The position numbers and the translations under genes are program-made. A DNA stretch of 64,000 nt from Diplonema japonicum. Taxonomy: Eukaryota > Protista > Euglenozoa: Diplonemea. Below the pieces are notes generated by a model. The model made no database searches and had not been told where the DNA came from. It was given only the letters and a program-made list of their open reading frames with translations. Where the stretch lies: the NCBI GenBank assembly GCA_964019335.1, contig OZ025710.1:124001-188000 (forward strand). The letters run 5' to 3'. How positions within the stretch are numbered: position 1 is the stretch's first letter; each line of letters starts with the position of its first letter. Positions 11,471-22,626 of the stretch are shown here, piece by piece.

Positions 11471-11819
11471 TTACTCCTGCTTGGTACGGAAGCTGGACCC
11501 GGCGGTAAGGCGGGCCTTTTTTATTTATTTTTTTTTTAAACCCCATGTAAATGTAAATACCTTGCCACCAGCGGGCTGGGCGAGCACGTTGCTGCACGAG
11601 CCGCACACAACGACGGTGGAGGCGTGGCTGAAGACAACGGTCACCTGTTGGTTTTTTTTTTTTTTTTTTTTTTTTTTCCCTTCTCGCTACCTGCTTGCAC
11701 GAGTTGCACCTCACGTCGAGGAAGCTGGACTTAGGTCCCTGAACAAGCCTCTTGCGCTTGTGGGCGTTCTTCTGGTCCTTCAGGGAAGGGTACAAGATGT
11801 CGGCATCGAGGAAACCCAT
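11471..11819 (-). CDS. RPS27: 40S ribosomal protein S27 (eS27), copy B; 3 exons
   Basis: Same exon sequence as copy A; introns 11645-11690 and 11516-11560. Confidence 0.95.
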
Positions 11820-11869
11820 TTTTTTTTTTTAAATTTTTATTATTGTGCTGTGAAAAATTTGCACGGGAA

Positions 11870-11900
<31 letters not shown>

Positions 11901-11917
11901 CAAGAAGAATCTGATTC

Positions 11918-13760
11918 CTAAAACTCTCTGTCCCATGTCCGTGTGTGCTCCTCCCCGTCATAACCACCGTCGGCCAGCAGGCCTGCCTCCTCATAACGGT
12001 CCAGTTGCTGCCCCTGTCGTTTTCTCCGCTGGCCGAAATCAACAAGTCGGTAGTCGGAGTCCGTTTTTCTCTTCAATAAAAGCAGTCTTGTGGTGAGTTT
12101 TTTTTCAAGAACAGCGATCTCCGGATCAGCTGGTTTCTCGGGGATGTATTTAATACTATTGAGCCTGTTGGTTTCCCGCCATCCGAGTTTGTTTATTAAG
12201 GCGTGCCATGAGGGGCCCCAATATTTGCTGTCGCCACCGAGTACTTCTGTCTTGATATGGTCGATCCGTGCTTTTTCACGGAGGGGTCCTGGGGGAAGCT
12301 CCCGCTTCTCTTGTTGTCTCATTCCTGTCATGTTGTGACGCTTTGACCTGGCAAGACGGGTGGTCACGAAGTTCAACCCTTCCGGGTTCTCCAAGCTCCG
12401 TTCACTCCCCTCAACATGGGTCTTCTGCATCCAGCAACCTTCAACCTCAAAATTATGCTCGGATGAACGCTTTCCTTCGAACACCTCTGATATGAAGTCG
12501 CGGAAACCCTTTGCGTGCGCGAAGTTATCGCACGTCAGCGCGATTCTCCCGTTTGGCGTCTGATTTTTTTTTCTTTTTTTTTTTTTCCCCCTTGTTCGTT
12601 CTCATACCAAATACATGTCGGCTTTCTTCAAAAACTTCATCAAGTACTCCTCCACACCCTCGTGGCACCTCTCCGAAACAGACTCTGTAACCGGCAAAGC
12701 GGTCCCCGGCACCGTGTGGAGAATAAGCTGGAAATCGTTTCCCTTACAGTCTTCCTTTTTTTTTTTTTTTTTTTTAATTTTTTTTTTTTTTTTTTGCGCA
12801 TACTACTGTTGGGAACAAATTGTCGATCTGTGAGTTGAGAACCATGAAGCCCTTTCTCCCCGACAGAAATCGTTTGTTCCACTTGGCGGACAGAAGGTTG
12901 TTTTTGAATGGGTCGGACAACGCCATTTGTTCCTCGCCGACACCATGCCTCCTGAGGAGGATGGAGGATAGACCGGCACCAGCACCAACATCTAAAACTC
13001 GTGAGATTTTCTTCAGCGCCCTCGGGTTCGCAGCCCGCAAACGATCATGGAGTAAAGAAACCACGCTGTGGTGCGGCATCACAACATTGTGAAGAGGCCG
13101 GTATATGTATGGCATTAACTTCCTCTTATTACGTCGGGAACCTCGCTCCCGGGGTGTAGGGTTCAGTGCAAGCACCTTCACGCCTTTAAGGTACCGGCGG
13201 TAGGAGTTACGCAGTTTTACAAGCTCGGAAATTGCTATTTGTGAGTACAGATCAGGAGGGTAGTTCATGTAGCACCACGATTCGAAATTTTTGATTTTAA
13301 AAGTTTTTTCTGCCCGCCTGACATATTTTCTCAAACCGTATTGAGCGATTTTTTCAAGACCCTCCATGTGTTCGGGGTCCGGGTACTTTACTAGAAAATT
13401 ATCTTCGATTTGTTTCAGCCTTGTGATGCCTTGCTTTTCTGACGACCCGGCACGTGCCATTTCTGATTTAACGTCGACAAGCATTTCTGCATAAGTGCCA
13501 AGGCAGTCCTCCAAGGCCTCGTCAACGATAACCGCCTCACCGGCTCGGAGGTATTTCTGGATCTCGTTTACTTCTGTGCCGTCGTCCCTCCGTCGTTCCA
13601 CCCAATACTCCTCCTCTGAAGCACCCTGTGCCCATTTCTTCCCTTCCTGAACCTGCCAGGGTTCGATCGGTTTAGGCAGCACTTCCAACGTGCCTGAAAG
13701 CCATCTTTTGACACCCGCCTGCGACACACGACGGGGAAGAGTATAAGATATTTTTTTCAT
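11918..13760 (-). CDS. Class I SAM-dependent methyltransferase-like protein, possibly mitochondrial; 3 exons
   Basis: Motif I RVLDVGAGAG; later FLKKADMYLTPNGRI. Introns 12755-12803 and 12560-12607 join three ORF pieces in frame (957+147+642 nt). The N-terminus is Arg-rich. Confidence 0.75.
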
Positions 13761-13980
13761 ACCACCCTGTCTTTTTTATTTTTTTTTTTGTGTGTGGTGA
13801 GCAAAAAAAAAAAAAGAAAAGAAAAAGAAAAAGAAGAAAAAAAAATAAATAAAAGGAACACAATACAGTTACAATATAAGAAGAAAGAGAAAAAGAAGGG
13901 TTAAGGTACACCGAAGAGAGAAATAAAAAAGAAAAACTTTTAAAAAACAGAGAAAACTCTGTATTTTTTTTATTATTCTT

Positions 13981-16832
13981 CTACCAATACTCAAGAGATT
14001 TTATCGGGGGCGAAGTGACACCACTGGTTCTGGTCGGGTCGCCAGGGGACGGCTTGGGGCGTTTAGAGTCCCCGCTTTGAGAGCGGAAGTAGTCAGTGGG
14101 CACAGGTGGGTCCTGCGGGATTTATTTACGTTTTTTTTTTTTTTTTTTTCTTTTTTTTTTCTTCCAAACCTGAGGTCTAGCTGCGGGCGAGTGATTGAAC
14201 AACCTCCAGCTTTGCCTGGGGGACGGTGCTCTGGGTGATGACTCTCGCCCCCCTTCGGCACCTTCTGTTGGCGCCATGCCAAGGTGCCTCCTTTCGCATT
14301 CAAATAAATGAGTGGTCATAATATGGTTAGAAAGCTCTTTGGCTTGGCTAGGGCCCTGTATGTTCGCCATCATCAAGTGAAGTTTGTGTAGATCTCGAAG
14401 AAGTGCGCCCCTTCCCGCAAGGATCCAACCTACTGACTTTGCATTCTTTTTGGCGTACCGCCCGTCTTCACGATGGTCTTGAAGTTTTGCTTGGAGGTCC
14501 CTGTAACGACGCTCTGTCTCTACGAATTTATTGGTTAGTTCTGTTGCTTTTGTTTTGTGTGCTTCAGACTCTTCAATTCTTTGATTTTCCACGGTTTTGA
14601 GTCGTCCCAAGCATTGTTGCATTCTGTCTTCAGTCCTTGCTGTTCTCTCTGCCTCCTCCTTCAGCTTTTCTTCGTACTTCAATATCTTCTCGTTTTTCTC
14701 CTCTAGTTTCCCCTCGCAGTCGTTGCGGACCTTTCTTTCAAACTCTTTGCAGGCTTCCTCCATGCGTTGCACTGCGTCCTCGTTGGCCATGTTCCCGCGT
14801 TCCGCCTTCTCTTTGCAGGCAGCAGCCTCCTCTTGCAGTTTCATAGCGGTTTCTAGTTTTTCTTCGGCGCCTTCCAGCCTCGTGAGTGTTTCTTTTTTCT
14901 CTTCCAGTGCTGCGTTGAGCGATTCTTTCTCTGCTTGCAACGCGTTCACCATCTCCAGCCTCTCCAGGGCCTCCGCCAAGCACCGGTCTTTCTCTGCTTC
15001 CAGTGTCTGCTGTTCCTTCTGAGCCGCAACGATGGCATTGTCGTACAACGCCTCCATCTCGGTAGCTCTGTTGCCCATGTCTTCAAGGGAGGACACGGCT
15101 AAGAGGCGGGCCTTTTTATTTATTTTAATTTTTTGAAAAAAAAGGGGGAGGGGTAATATCACACCTCTTCTGCATCCTCAGCCCGGCGACGGATCTCTGA
15201 TTCGGACGCTTCGTGTTTAGCAGTGGTCAGCTCAGCCTTATTGTTGTTGTTGTTGTTTTTCTCCAAATAGTATACCTCAACCAATTGCCTGGACATTTTT
15301 GCAACCTCGTCTTCGAGGCTTTTGATGTCTTCTGAATTTTTCTCGCTCAGTTCCCGCAGCTGTGTTGCGATCCTTCTGTCTGTCTCTGCTGTCTCGACGG
15401 ACGCGTTGAGAAGCTGCTTCAGCTCGCGGACCTCGTCCTTGAGCTCGGAGTTCTGGTCCTTCTCAGCAGAGAGCTTTTTAGAGGCTTCCGCAAGCTGCGC
15501 GTCGCGTGTGGCCAGGAGGTCAGTGAGGCTGGCGATTTCTTTCTCGTTGTGCACTGTGTCCGCTCTGTGCCGTCGTGTTTCAGTTTCCGCGGCCAGAGCC
15601 CGGTCTTCTGACGCCCTCCATTTCTTTTCCAGCTCCTCCGCATGCTTGCGTTCCCCTTCCAACCTTTCCGTTAAGATTCTCAAGCTTTTTTTCGAATCTT
15701 CCTCCACTTCTTCCAGCTGCGATTTGTATCTGTTCCGCAGCCTGGTCATCTCCTCATCGTCGGCCTCCCGTGAGGTGTTTAAACCGTCTTTCAAGCTTTT
15801 AATCGTCATCAGCGCTGCTGTCTTCTCGGTAGTGCTCACCTCTAGTTCAGCTTGAAGCCCTGCGAGCTGGTCCTTCAAACCAGATATGGCAGCGGCTGCA
15901 GCTTGTAGTTGCTGTTCGAGGGTTGTTCTTTCCGCCTTGTTGTTTATGGTTGTTTTAATGTGTTCTTGTGCGGCTGTGTTCAGCTTCTCTGCTTTGCATT
16001 GAAGAAGGTGGTGGTCCTCCCGGGAGGCGGCCAGTTTCTCCCGAAGGCTTTCGTTCTCCGACTTGGTTTGAGACAGATCTGTTTCAACCTTGGAGCGTTG
16101 GTCTTCCGTCCGAAAGACCACCCCGATGGCGGAATCAAGCGCTGCCGACACAAAGCTGACCAAATCCTGATCAGGGAAACCGCCAGTTCTGAGAGCTTCC
16201 AGAGCGTCTTTCAGACGTTGCTTAGAGGCGGCTTCTTCTATGCTACGAGCTTGCTGGTCGGACAGGTAAGATCGCTTCGCTTCTTCAATTCGTATTAAAT
16301 CCCGCTGAACGTCCTCTGGGAGTGAGAGCCTCGCGCGGAGGATCTCCTCTTTGAGGTGTTTGTTTTCAACCATCAGCTTCGGGACGAGATTAACGGCGTT
16401 GCGCAGGCCGAGGATCTTGAAGTGCGACGTCAGGTTGTCCTTGCATAGGTTTTCCGCGTTTTCCGTTAAACGTTCGTTAGCTTCAGTGATTGCTTTTCTT
16501 ACCTTATGATCTGCTTCCTCGTCGCCCTTCTCCAGCGACATCATTCGTCTTGATGGGCTTGCGTCAGGAACGCGCTCGCCTTCGTGTAAGCCTTTTACCA
16601 CGTCTTTTAAGATTTCCGCTGTGTCCTTTACCCGGTCTTCTAGTACTATACCGCTGAAATTTCGTTGTGGGGAGCTGTGTTCGTTCGTGGGGCTTGAGGG
16701 GCTTAAGCTTCGTAAACCTACTGCTCCTGCTGTGCTCAGCATTATCGGTGGGGATATCGAAATCGTCCTCTCACGGCTGGTGAAGTCGCCCACACCACCG
16801 GGGCCTCCTGGTGATAGGGGGCTAGCGTCCAT
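13981..16832 (-). CDS. Large coiled-coil protein of unknown function; 4 exons
   Basis: E/K/L/A-rich heptads. Introns 15237-15275, 15112-15164 and 14113-14169 give one continuous frame. Confidence 0.8.
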
Positions 16833-16934
16833 CTTTTACGCCACTTTTCCTCGCTTTCCCTCCCCTTTTTGTGTGTGGGTTTGTTTACTGGCGGGTTGTT
16901 TTGAACATTAAAAAGAAAAACATAGAAGAAGAAG

Positions 16935-16967
<33 letters not shown>

Positions 16968-17240
16968 AAGGTATTGGAGAGGGGTCAATAGGCTTTTTTT
17001 TTTGTTTTTTGTTTTTTTTGTTGTTTGTTAATTTAAAAAAAGAAGACATAGATAATGAAAAAAAAAAAAAAAAAAGAGATTTGCGAGTGAATCCACCTCC
17101 CCCCTCCCCTCTTTAGTAAACACCCTCCCGTGAAGAAAACCAGGTGTAACCGGTCGTTTTTATACCGTTTTTTTCTTTTCTTTCTTCCACCTCTTTATTT
17201 ACCATAAAAAACAAACAAATTCCGGGAATGAAAGAAGAAG

Positions 17241-17272
<32 letters not shown>

Positions 17273-17494
17273 CCCCGTAAGGGGAAAATGAAAAAAAAGA
17301 AAATCCGGAAAAAACCCTGGGCGGAGTTCGGAACAGGAGATTCTTTTTTGTTTTGTTTTGTTTTCTTTTTTTTTTTTTGAAGGGGGCTCTGTTTCGACAG
17401 GGACTTCCACCCTTCACATATTTCGGGGGAGACGAGGGTCGGTTGGACATCCACTCCCCCCAATTTAAAAAAAATTTTTTTTTATTTTTTTTTC

Positions 17495-18280
17495 TCAATA
17501 AAGTGTAGTGACCACCCCGGCAGGTGGCATGGTATCTGTGTTAACAAAGGAGGAGTTGTTGCTACCGCTCAGCTTCGAAACACAAGAGTGGCGCAGGACC
17601 TCAGACGATGGCAGAACACTGCGCCAGGTATGCTGATCCTGAAGTGCTGTGTGTATCCGCCTGCAACCTGAAGTGGGACGCCCTGGGAAAATAACGCTTT
17701 CCACTGTTACAGGGGGTTGTGAACGAATGCCTTTCGGATAAGTTCGTGAAGGACTTCCCGGATTGGGAATGGTAGGAGGCAAGAACGAGGTTATATCTAA
17801 CCTTTCTGGCCGGGTGTAGACAAGGTTGGAGGGCGTTTCAGCTATCCTCCACCCTGCACCTATTTCATGTTTCCTCGGTTGGGTAAGGAGATGAGGTGAA
17901 GAAGTTTTGACCGTTTTTTCAGTTTTTGCGTTCGTCCTTTCCTCACGTGGTTCCACAGGGGGGCGGGGTGCGGTCACAGACCACCGTGTTTTCGGATATG
18001 GAAGTTTTTTGTTGAATAATTTGAACCCGTGCCGTCCAGCATGATCTATGGCGTGCTCCCATTTTCCTGTCTGTGCCCAGCCTTCTCCCTTTCCTTTGCG
18101 GTATCTTACCATTTCCAAGGAAGCCGCTCTCCAGTTGACCTCGCTTCCTCGTTCTTTGAGGAGTTTTCCTTTAGTCTGATCCTTGAACTTGTTTCTAGAT
18201 CCGTTTAGGCCTGTCCAGTTGTCTCCCCATGTCACTCTTTTCTTCCCCGATTCAGCGAGGTCTACCCAACCCGCTTCCAT
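17495..18280 (-). CDS. Hypothetical basic protein with an N-terminal RVxW (PP1-docking-like) motif
   Basis: GC-balanced ORF from MEAGW (ATG 18280); contains KKRVTWGD. Confidence 0.7.
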   Translation of the reverse strand: MEAGWVDLAESGKKRVTWGDNWTGLNGSRNKFKDQTKGKLLKERGSEVNWRAASLEMVRYRKGKGEGWAQTGKWEHAIDHAGRHGFKLFNKKLPYPKTRWSVTAPRPPVEPREERTNAKTEKTVKTSSPHLLTQPRKHEIGAGWRIAETPSNLVYTRPERLDITSFLPPTIPNPGSPSRTYPKGIRSQPPVTVESVIFPGRPTSGCRRIHTALQDQHTWRSVLPSSEVLRHSCVSKLSGSNNSSFVNTDTMPPAGVVTTLY

Positions 18281-18729
18281 TGCGCAATAAAATAAAAAAT
18301 ATTTAAAAAAAAAATCTACCACCCCCCTTGGTTTTTTGTTTTTGTTTTGGATGCGTTCGATAAAAGATAATAGTGAACAATTGAACTTTTTTATTTTAGT
18401 TTTTTTTTTTCGTACTGAAAAAAAACATAAGGGGGGGGGGGGGGGGGATCAAGAGAGGGAGAATGGGTGTCCTTTCTCTTTGTTTTTTGTTTGTATGTAC
18501 ATCAACAGAATAGGGGAGGGGGAGGGAAATAAAAAAAAAAATATATGAGTTAAAGGAGGCCGGTGTTGGCGGCGCCCTGCACAAGAACTGTCTACTTGAT
18601 TACAGGGGGTGCACCGCGGCCGAGTTGTAGCTTCTTCTGCGTTCCGCGTCGTGTCCTTAATGCGTGCGGTGTACAGCTCAACCCCAGCCGGGGCGTCCCG
18701 GGTACCAAGATTCTGCGCTCGTGCAGTTT

Positions 18730-18823
18730 GCTGCCTGTTCGTCACCCTGAGCATCTGCATTATGTTCTTCCACTCGGGCGCTACCGGTGATGACCGACGA
18801 GGAGGTCAACAGCGAACAACACA
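18730..18823 (-). ncRNA. HDV-like self-cleaving ribozyme fold (P1 partly degenerate)
   Basis: Minus strand, in order: P1 TGTGTTG, P2 GCTGTTG, P3 ACC, L3 TCCTCGTC, P3' GGT, P1' CATCACC, GG (P1.1), P4 CGCCCGAG...CTCAGGGTG, J4/2 ACGAA (catalytic C at 18741), P2' CAGGCAGC. Confidence 0.7.
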
Positions 18824-18972
18824 TCTGATGTTTTTCTTATATTTTCATCGGAAACAGATCAAAGAAAGAAAAAAAAGGGTTTTTTTCTTTTTTTTCAAAT
18901 CCCTTTGCCCCACCCCGCGCCCCCCCGCAAAGACGTTTGCAGAAACAAGAAGAAGGAAAAAAGAAAAAAAAT

Positions 18973-20463
18973 TCAAATTCCTTTTTCAGTCCAGGTCTTC
19001 CACTTCTTCCACAATGTGTCCATGTCAAGCTCTGCTGAGCTGCTCAACACAGAAGGAAGCGGTAAGGAATTCTCCTCAAGTTCTACGGGAACAGCATCTT
19101 GAGGTGTTTTGTAAGGAAAGGTGCGGGAGTACAGAATGAACAAAACACGCTCCTTCGACGCAAGCAGCGTCAATCTATTTTTTCGATCCTGTGTGGTATA
19201 GTCCGTGACGGGGGTGGAGAGGGGTGCGGTCACGCTTGACGTCCGGGAAATTTCCTTTCTCACGTCATTGAGACACTGCCTGAGGAAAACCTCCATTTCA
19301 GTCCGTTCCTGAAGAAGCTCTATGTGTGAAGACCGAACCTGCTTCAAGGTCCGCCTTTCCTGTTCTAACTGTCTCTTCACCTTGTTTATCATCTCCAAAT
19401 ATTTAACCGTGTATTCTGTTGCTTTGTGTGTTGTGCCACTTCCTGGTCTGTTGAGGCTTACCCGTGATCCTAAAGGAGGATATGTGTTCGCGGTTCCTTT
19501 GGGTGAAGCGGCTTCTACTTTTTTTGCGATTTGCACCGCCTCCTCTTCAAGAGCTTCGACGTGTTCTGCCAGGCGTTTGTTCTCCTTCTTCACAGAAGTG
19601 ATTTGTTTGATAACCGTGTTCCGCTCCTCTTCTTGTTGTTTGAATTTTTTTTTGAGCTCTTTGTTGGCTTCGCGGAGGTGCTGGTTGGACTCCACAACCC
19701 GTTCGAGCGTGGCGGTGGCCTCGTCCAGATCACCTTTTAAAAAATTGTTTTTCTCGATCCACTCCTGCGCGCCTGTGTAGTTCTGCTGCTGCTCCTCCTC
19801 CAGTTCTTTTTTCAATTCGTGCATTCTGACACGGTACTGGCGAACAATGTTCATCTTGTCGATCTCCGCTTGCTTCTCAATAGTGGTCTGCAAGTGTTCT
19901 ATCTTGTTCTGAATGGATTTGTTCACAGATTTTAGCTCCCCTGTTTCGGTGTGGCCGGTATCCCCTACAATGACTGTGCGGTCTAGTTCTGATTTCAACC
20001 TGCCGATTTGTTGTTCGACTCTGTCTTCAGTTCGCTTGCTGGACTGTTGCCGGAGTTCGATAAGATTCTTCAGGCGTTGGTTGTGCAGCTCAAGGGTACG
20101 CTTCTCTTTTTCTTGAGTTTCAAAAAGCAGTCCGATATCACGTTGTTTGGCGGACCCCTTTGGGTGCGACAGTTTTAAACGCTGCTCACCGCTTTGTACA
20201 GGATCCTTCCCTCGTCCCTTCTTCCCTTTGGTGTCTTTGTACTCATCGACCAACGACAGGGGTACAATTGCCTCTTCGTTCAGCAGGCACTGCCGTTCGT
20301 GCACCGCAGCCGCGAGGTCTTTTTGCAGCTTTACCTTCAAAGACTTCAGCTTCTCGATGCTTCCATATTGATCTAGCTTCACTTGGGGATGTTGAGGAGT
20401 TTGCAGTCTCTCCCTGTCGCCAACCGCTTTTTTCGCCCGCGGCGAACTCATTTGATAAGACAT
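18973..20463 (-). CDS. Coiled-coil protein, BBOF1/CCDC176-like (basal body/cilium)
   Basis: Long coiled coil; ERTEMEVFLRQCLNDVRKEI and SKERVLFILY resemble the BBOF1-family C-terminal motifs. Confidence 0.6.
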   Translation of the reverse strand: MSYQMSSPRAKKAVGDRERLQTPQHPQVKLDQYGSIEKLKSLKVKLQKDLAAAVHERQCLLNEEAIVPLSLVDEYKDTKGKKGRGKDPVQSGEQRLKLSHPKGSAKQRDIGLLFETQEKEKRTLELHNQRLKNLIELRQQSSKRTEDRVEQQIGRLKSELDRTVIVGDTGHTETGELKSVNKSIQNKIEHLQTTIEKQAEIDKMNIVRQYRVRMHELKKELEEEQQQNYTGAQEWIEKNNFLKGDLDEATATLERVVESNQHLREANKELKKKFKQQEEERNTVIKQITSVKKENKRLAEHVEALEEEAVQIAKKVEAASPKGTANTYPPLGSRVSLNRPGSGTTHKATEYTVKYLEMINKVKRQLEQERRTLKQVRSSHIELLQERTEMEVFLRQCLNDVRKEISRTSSVTAPLSTPVTDYTTQDRKNRLTLLASKERVLFILYSRTFPYKTPQDAVPVELEENSLPLPSVLSSSAELDMDTLWKKWKTWTEKGI

Positions 20464-20527
20464 CTAAGTCAGGACCATATTACAGCTTTCATCTCGATGG
20501 GGGGTGAAGTCGAGGGGAAGGGTGTGC

Positions 20528-20564
<37 letters not shown>

Positions 20565-20893
20565 TTGTATTTTGTCTTTCTGTTAGGGGAAAGAGAAGGG
20601 AAAAAAAAAAAAGAAAAAAAAAAAAAAAACCACTCTTCGGAAGAAGAATGGAACGCAGAAGAAAGCGGGGGAAAGAAAAGAAGGGAGAAAAGATAAAAAA
20701 TATGGGGGAGGGGGAGGCGATAATTCTGTTGGAAAAAAAAAAAGAGCAAGATTCATCAGGGATGCAATTTGGTTCCTCCCTAATAGAATTTTGAGAGCAA
20801 GAAGAAAAAAAAAAGGGCATAAAAAAAATCATGTTCAAGGACAAAAAAAAAAAAAAAAGATTACGCGAGAGAGGCGTTGACATGGAAGGGAAA

Positions 20894-20930
<37 letters not shown>

Positions 20931-21011
20931 GTTCTCTGTAAAAAGACAGCATTTTTTTCCCCGTGCTTTTCTTCTTCTTCTTCTTCTTTCTTTCTTTCTT
21001 GTGTCGCCTCC

Positions 21012-22428
21012 CTACCTCGGAGTACGTGCGTAGCTTCTAGGGATACTGCAAGAAAACGGGTATAAAAAAAAAAAACAAAAAAAAAAATCACCTACCTTGG
21101 CAAGGAAGTCGACGACCGTGCTGTATTCGCGGACTTTTCCGACCCATGTCTGGAGCTAGATGCGTTAGATCTATTTTTTTTTTTTTTTTTTTTTTTTTGG
21201 AATTACTGTAAAACCAATACCGAATACAGTTTAAATCCAACGCGAGTGCCTTCTTGTCCTGCGTCAGCGCGGTGGTTTTGTTGTTGAGATCCTGTTCCAG
21301 CTGCCGCTTCAACCTGGCGAGCCGCCCGTACTCCGTGTCGATGATGTCGAGCTTGTGGTGCAGGGCGTCCATGGTTTGCTTAAGCTTCGCCAGCTCCATT
21401 TCCAAAGCCTCCTCTACATTGTCCCGAATTGCCTCTCTGTTGGGCCGCTTTCGCCGCAGTCCCAACCGCTGTGCGACTACAGACAACGGGCCTTGCTTAG
21501 CGACTAGTGTAGCATGAATCTGCTCACGGTGCTTTGAGAGCTCTTGCATTTCATGTGTTACAGCCTCGAGGTTGCATAGTAACTGGGAATGTAAGGTTTT
21601 TGTCTGCTTCACCTTGTGGCGGAGGGCGTCGTTCACCGCTGAATAGGCAAGGTTGTGGGTTTGCCCCAAGCTTGTGATCACTTTGTTGATGATTTTTCGA
21701 AGCCGCATTGATCGTTGTTGAAGCTCTGCTGCGTCTGTAAGCAGCTGAGCAGTGTCGCGGCACCACGCCTCGGGGTTCAAACCTGACTTTGACACAACAG
21801 TGTTTGTTGATATCTCCGCTGCGAGAGGAGTCACGTCAAGACACGCTTTATCTAACCTAAGTGATTCCGTCTTGTCTCGCAGGTCTGATTCTAATGACTT
21901 GAGGCTGAGTTCTAATCTGGATACCAACGCAGCACTGCTTTCAACCAAGTTAGACAATTGTGTTACGGATGCTTGTAGTTCTGACAGTTCTCTGTGGAGG
22001 GTGCGTTCTACTGTGTCGTTAATTTGTTCGGAGCTTGGCTTTGCTTGTCTTGTTGCAACCCTCGCCGAGGAGACTTTTAAAGGGACGCGTTTCTCTTCTA
22101 GACGTTCCTTCGTCTTCGCACGGGCTTGAAGGAGCGCTTCGAGTTCTTTTCTGGTCAGCGAGACTTGTTTCTCAAGCTTCACTTTTAGCTTCGCCGTCAG
22201 GGCGACTTTCTTCCGGAGCTCTTCTTTCACGACGTTTCCGGTGTCTACCACATCTTGGTCAGTGACCTTCTTCGCGGTGATGTTCTGGTCTCGGAGAATC
22301 ATGGAGTTCTGCTTACTTTGTCTAGCTTCGTCGATCAGTTTGATGGTGCTGTGTTGCCACTCTCCTGTGGCGGGCCTCTTGTCCAGCACCCGCTTCTGTT
22401 TTGTCATCGTGGGACTCGTGGGAGCCAT
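21012..22428 (-). CDS. Tektin-family (tektin/CCDC105-like) axonemal coiled-coil protein; 3 exons
   Basis: Two internal half-repeats with PL.V...R...R..KP/RP..E.I.D.VE..L..EL (tektin RPNxELxRD-like). Introns 21171-21220 and 21046-21095. Confidence 0.8.
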
Positions 22429-22626
22429 GGTGCAAGTTAAACTTGCGTTGGGGTACTTCAATTCCCGTACCATCCCCCCCCCCACCCCCACCTACTCTGT
22501 GGGGGGGGGGGATTTTTTTTAAGCCCCCAGATGTAATGTGATCTTCGGGGTAAAAAAAAAAAAAAAAAAAAAAGGGATTTAACAGAAGAGGGTAAAAAAA
22601 AAAAGAAAAGGAACTAAAACCAACAT

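Noticed and set aside
17380-17461. GGGGGAG/CTCCCCC stem with a CCCTCG loop, resembling HDV P1/L3
   Set aside because: No valid 3-bp P3, P1.1 or P2.
18449-18824. Short minus-strand ORFs, including a possible TGA-Sec read-through
   Set aside because: No redox motif, no SECIS seen, and the frames are inconsistent across the island.
18787-18828. Plus-strand GTGATGA...TCTGA resembling C/D boxes (U3-like)
   Set aside because: No C' box or U3 5' domain, and the boxes are too close together. The same bases are better explained by the minus-strand HDV-like fold.
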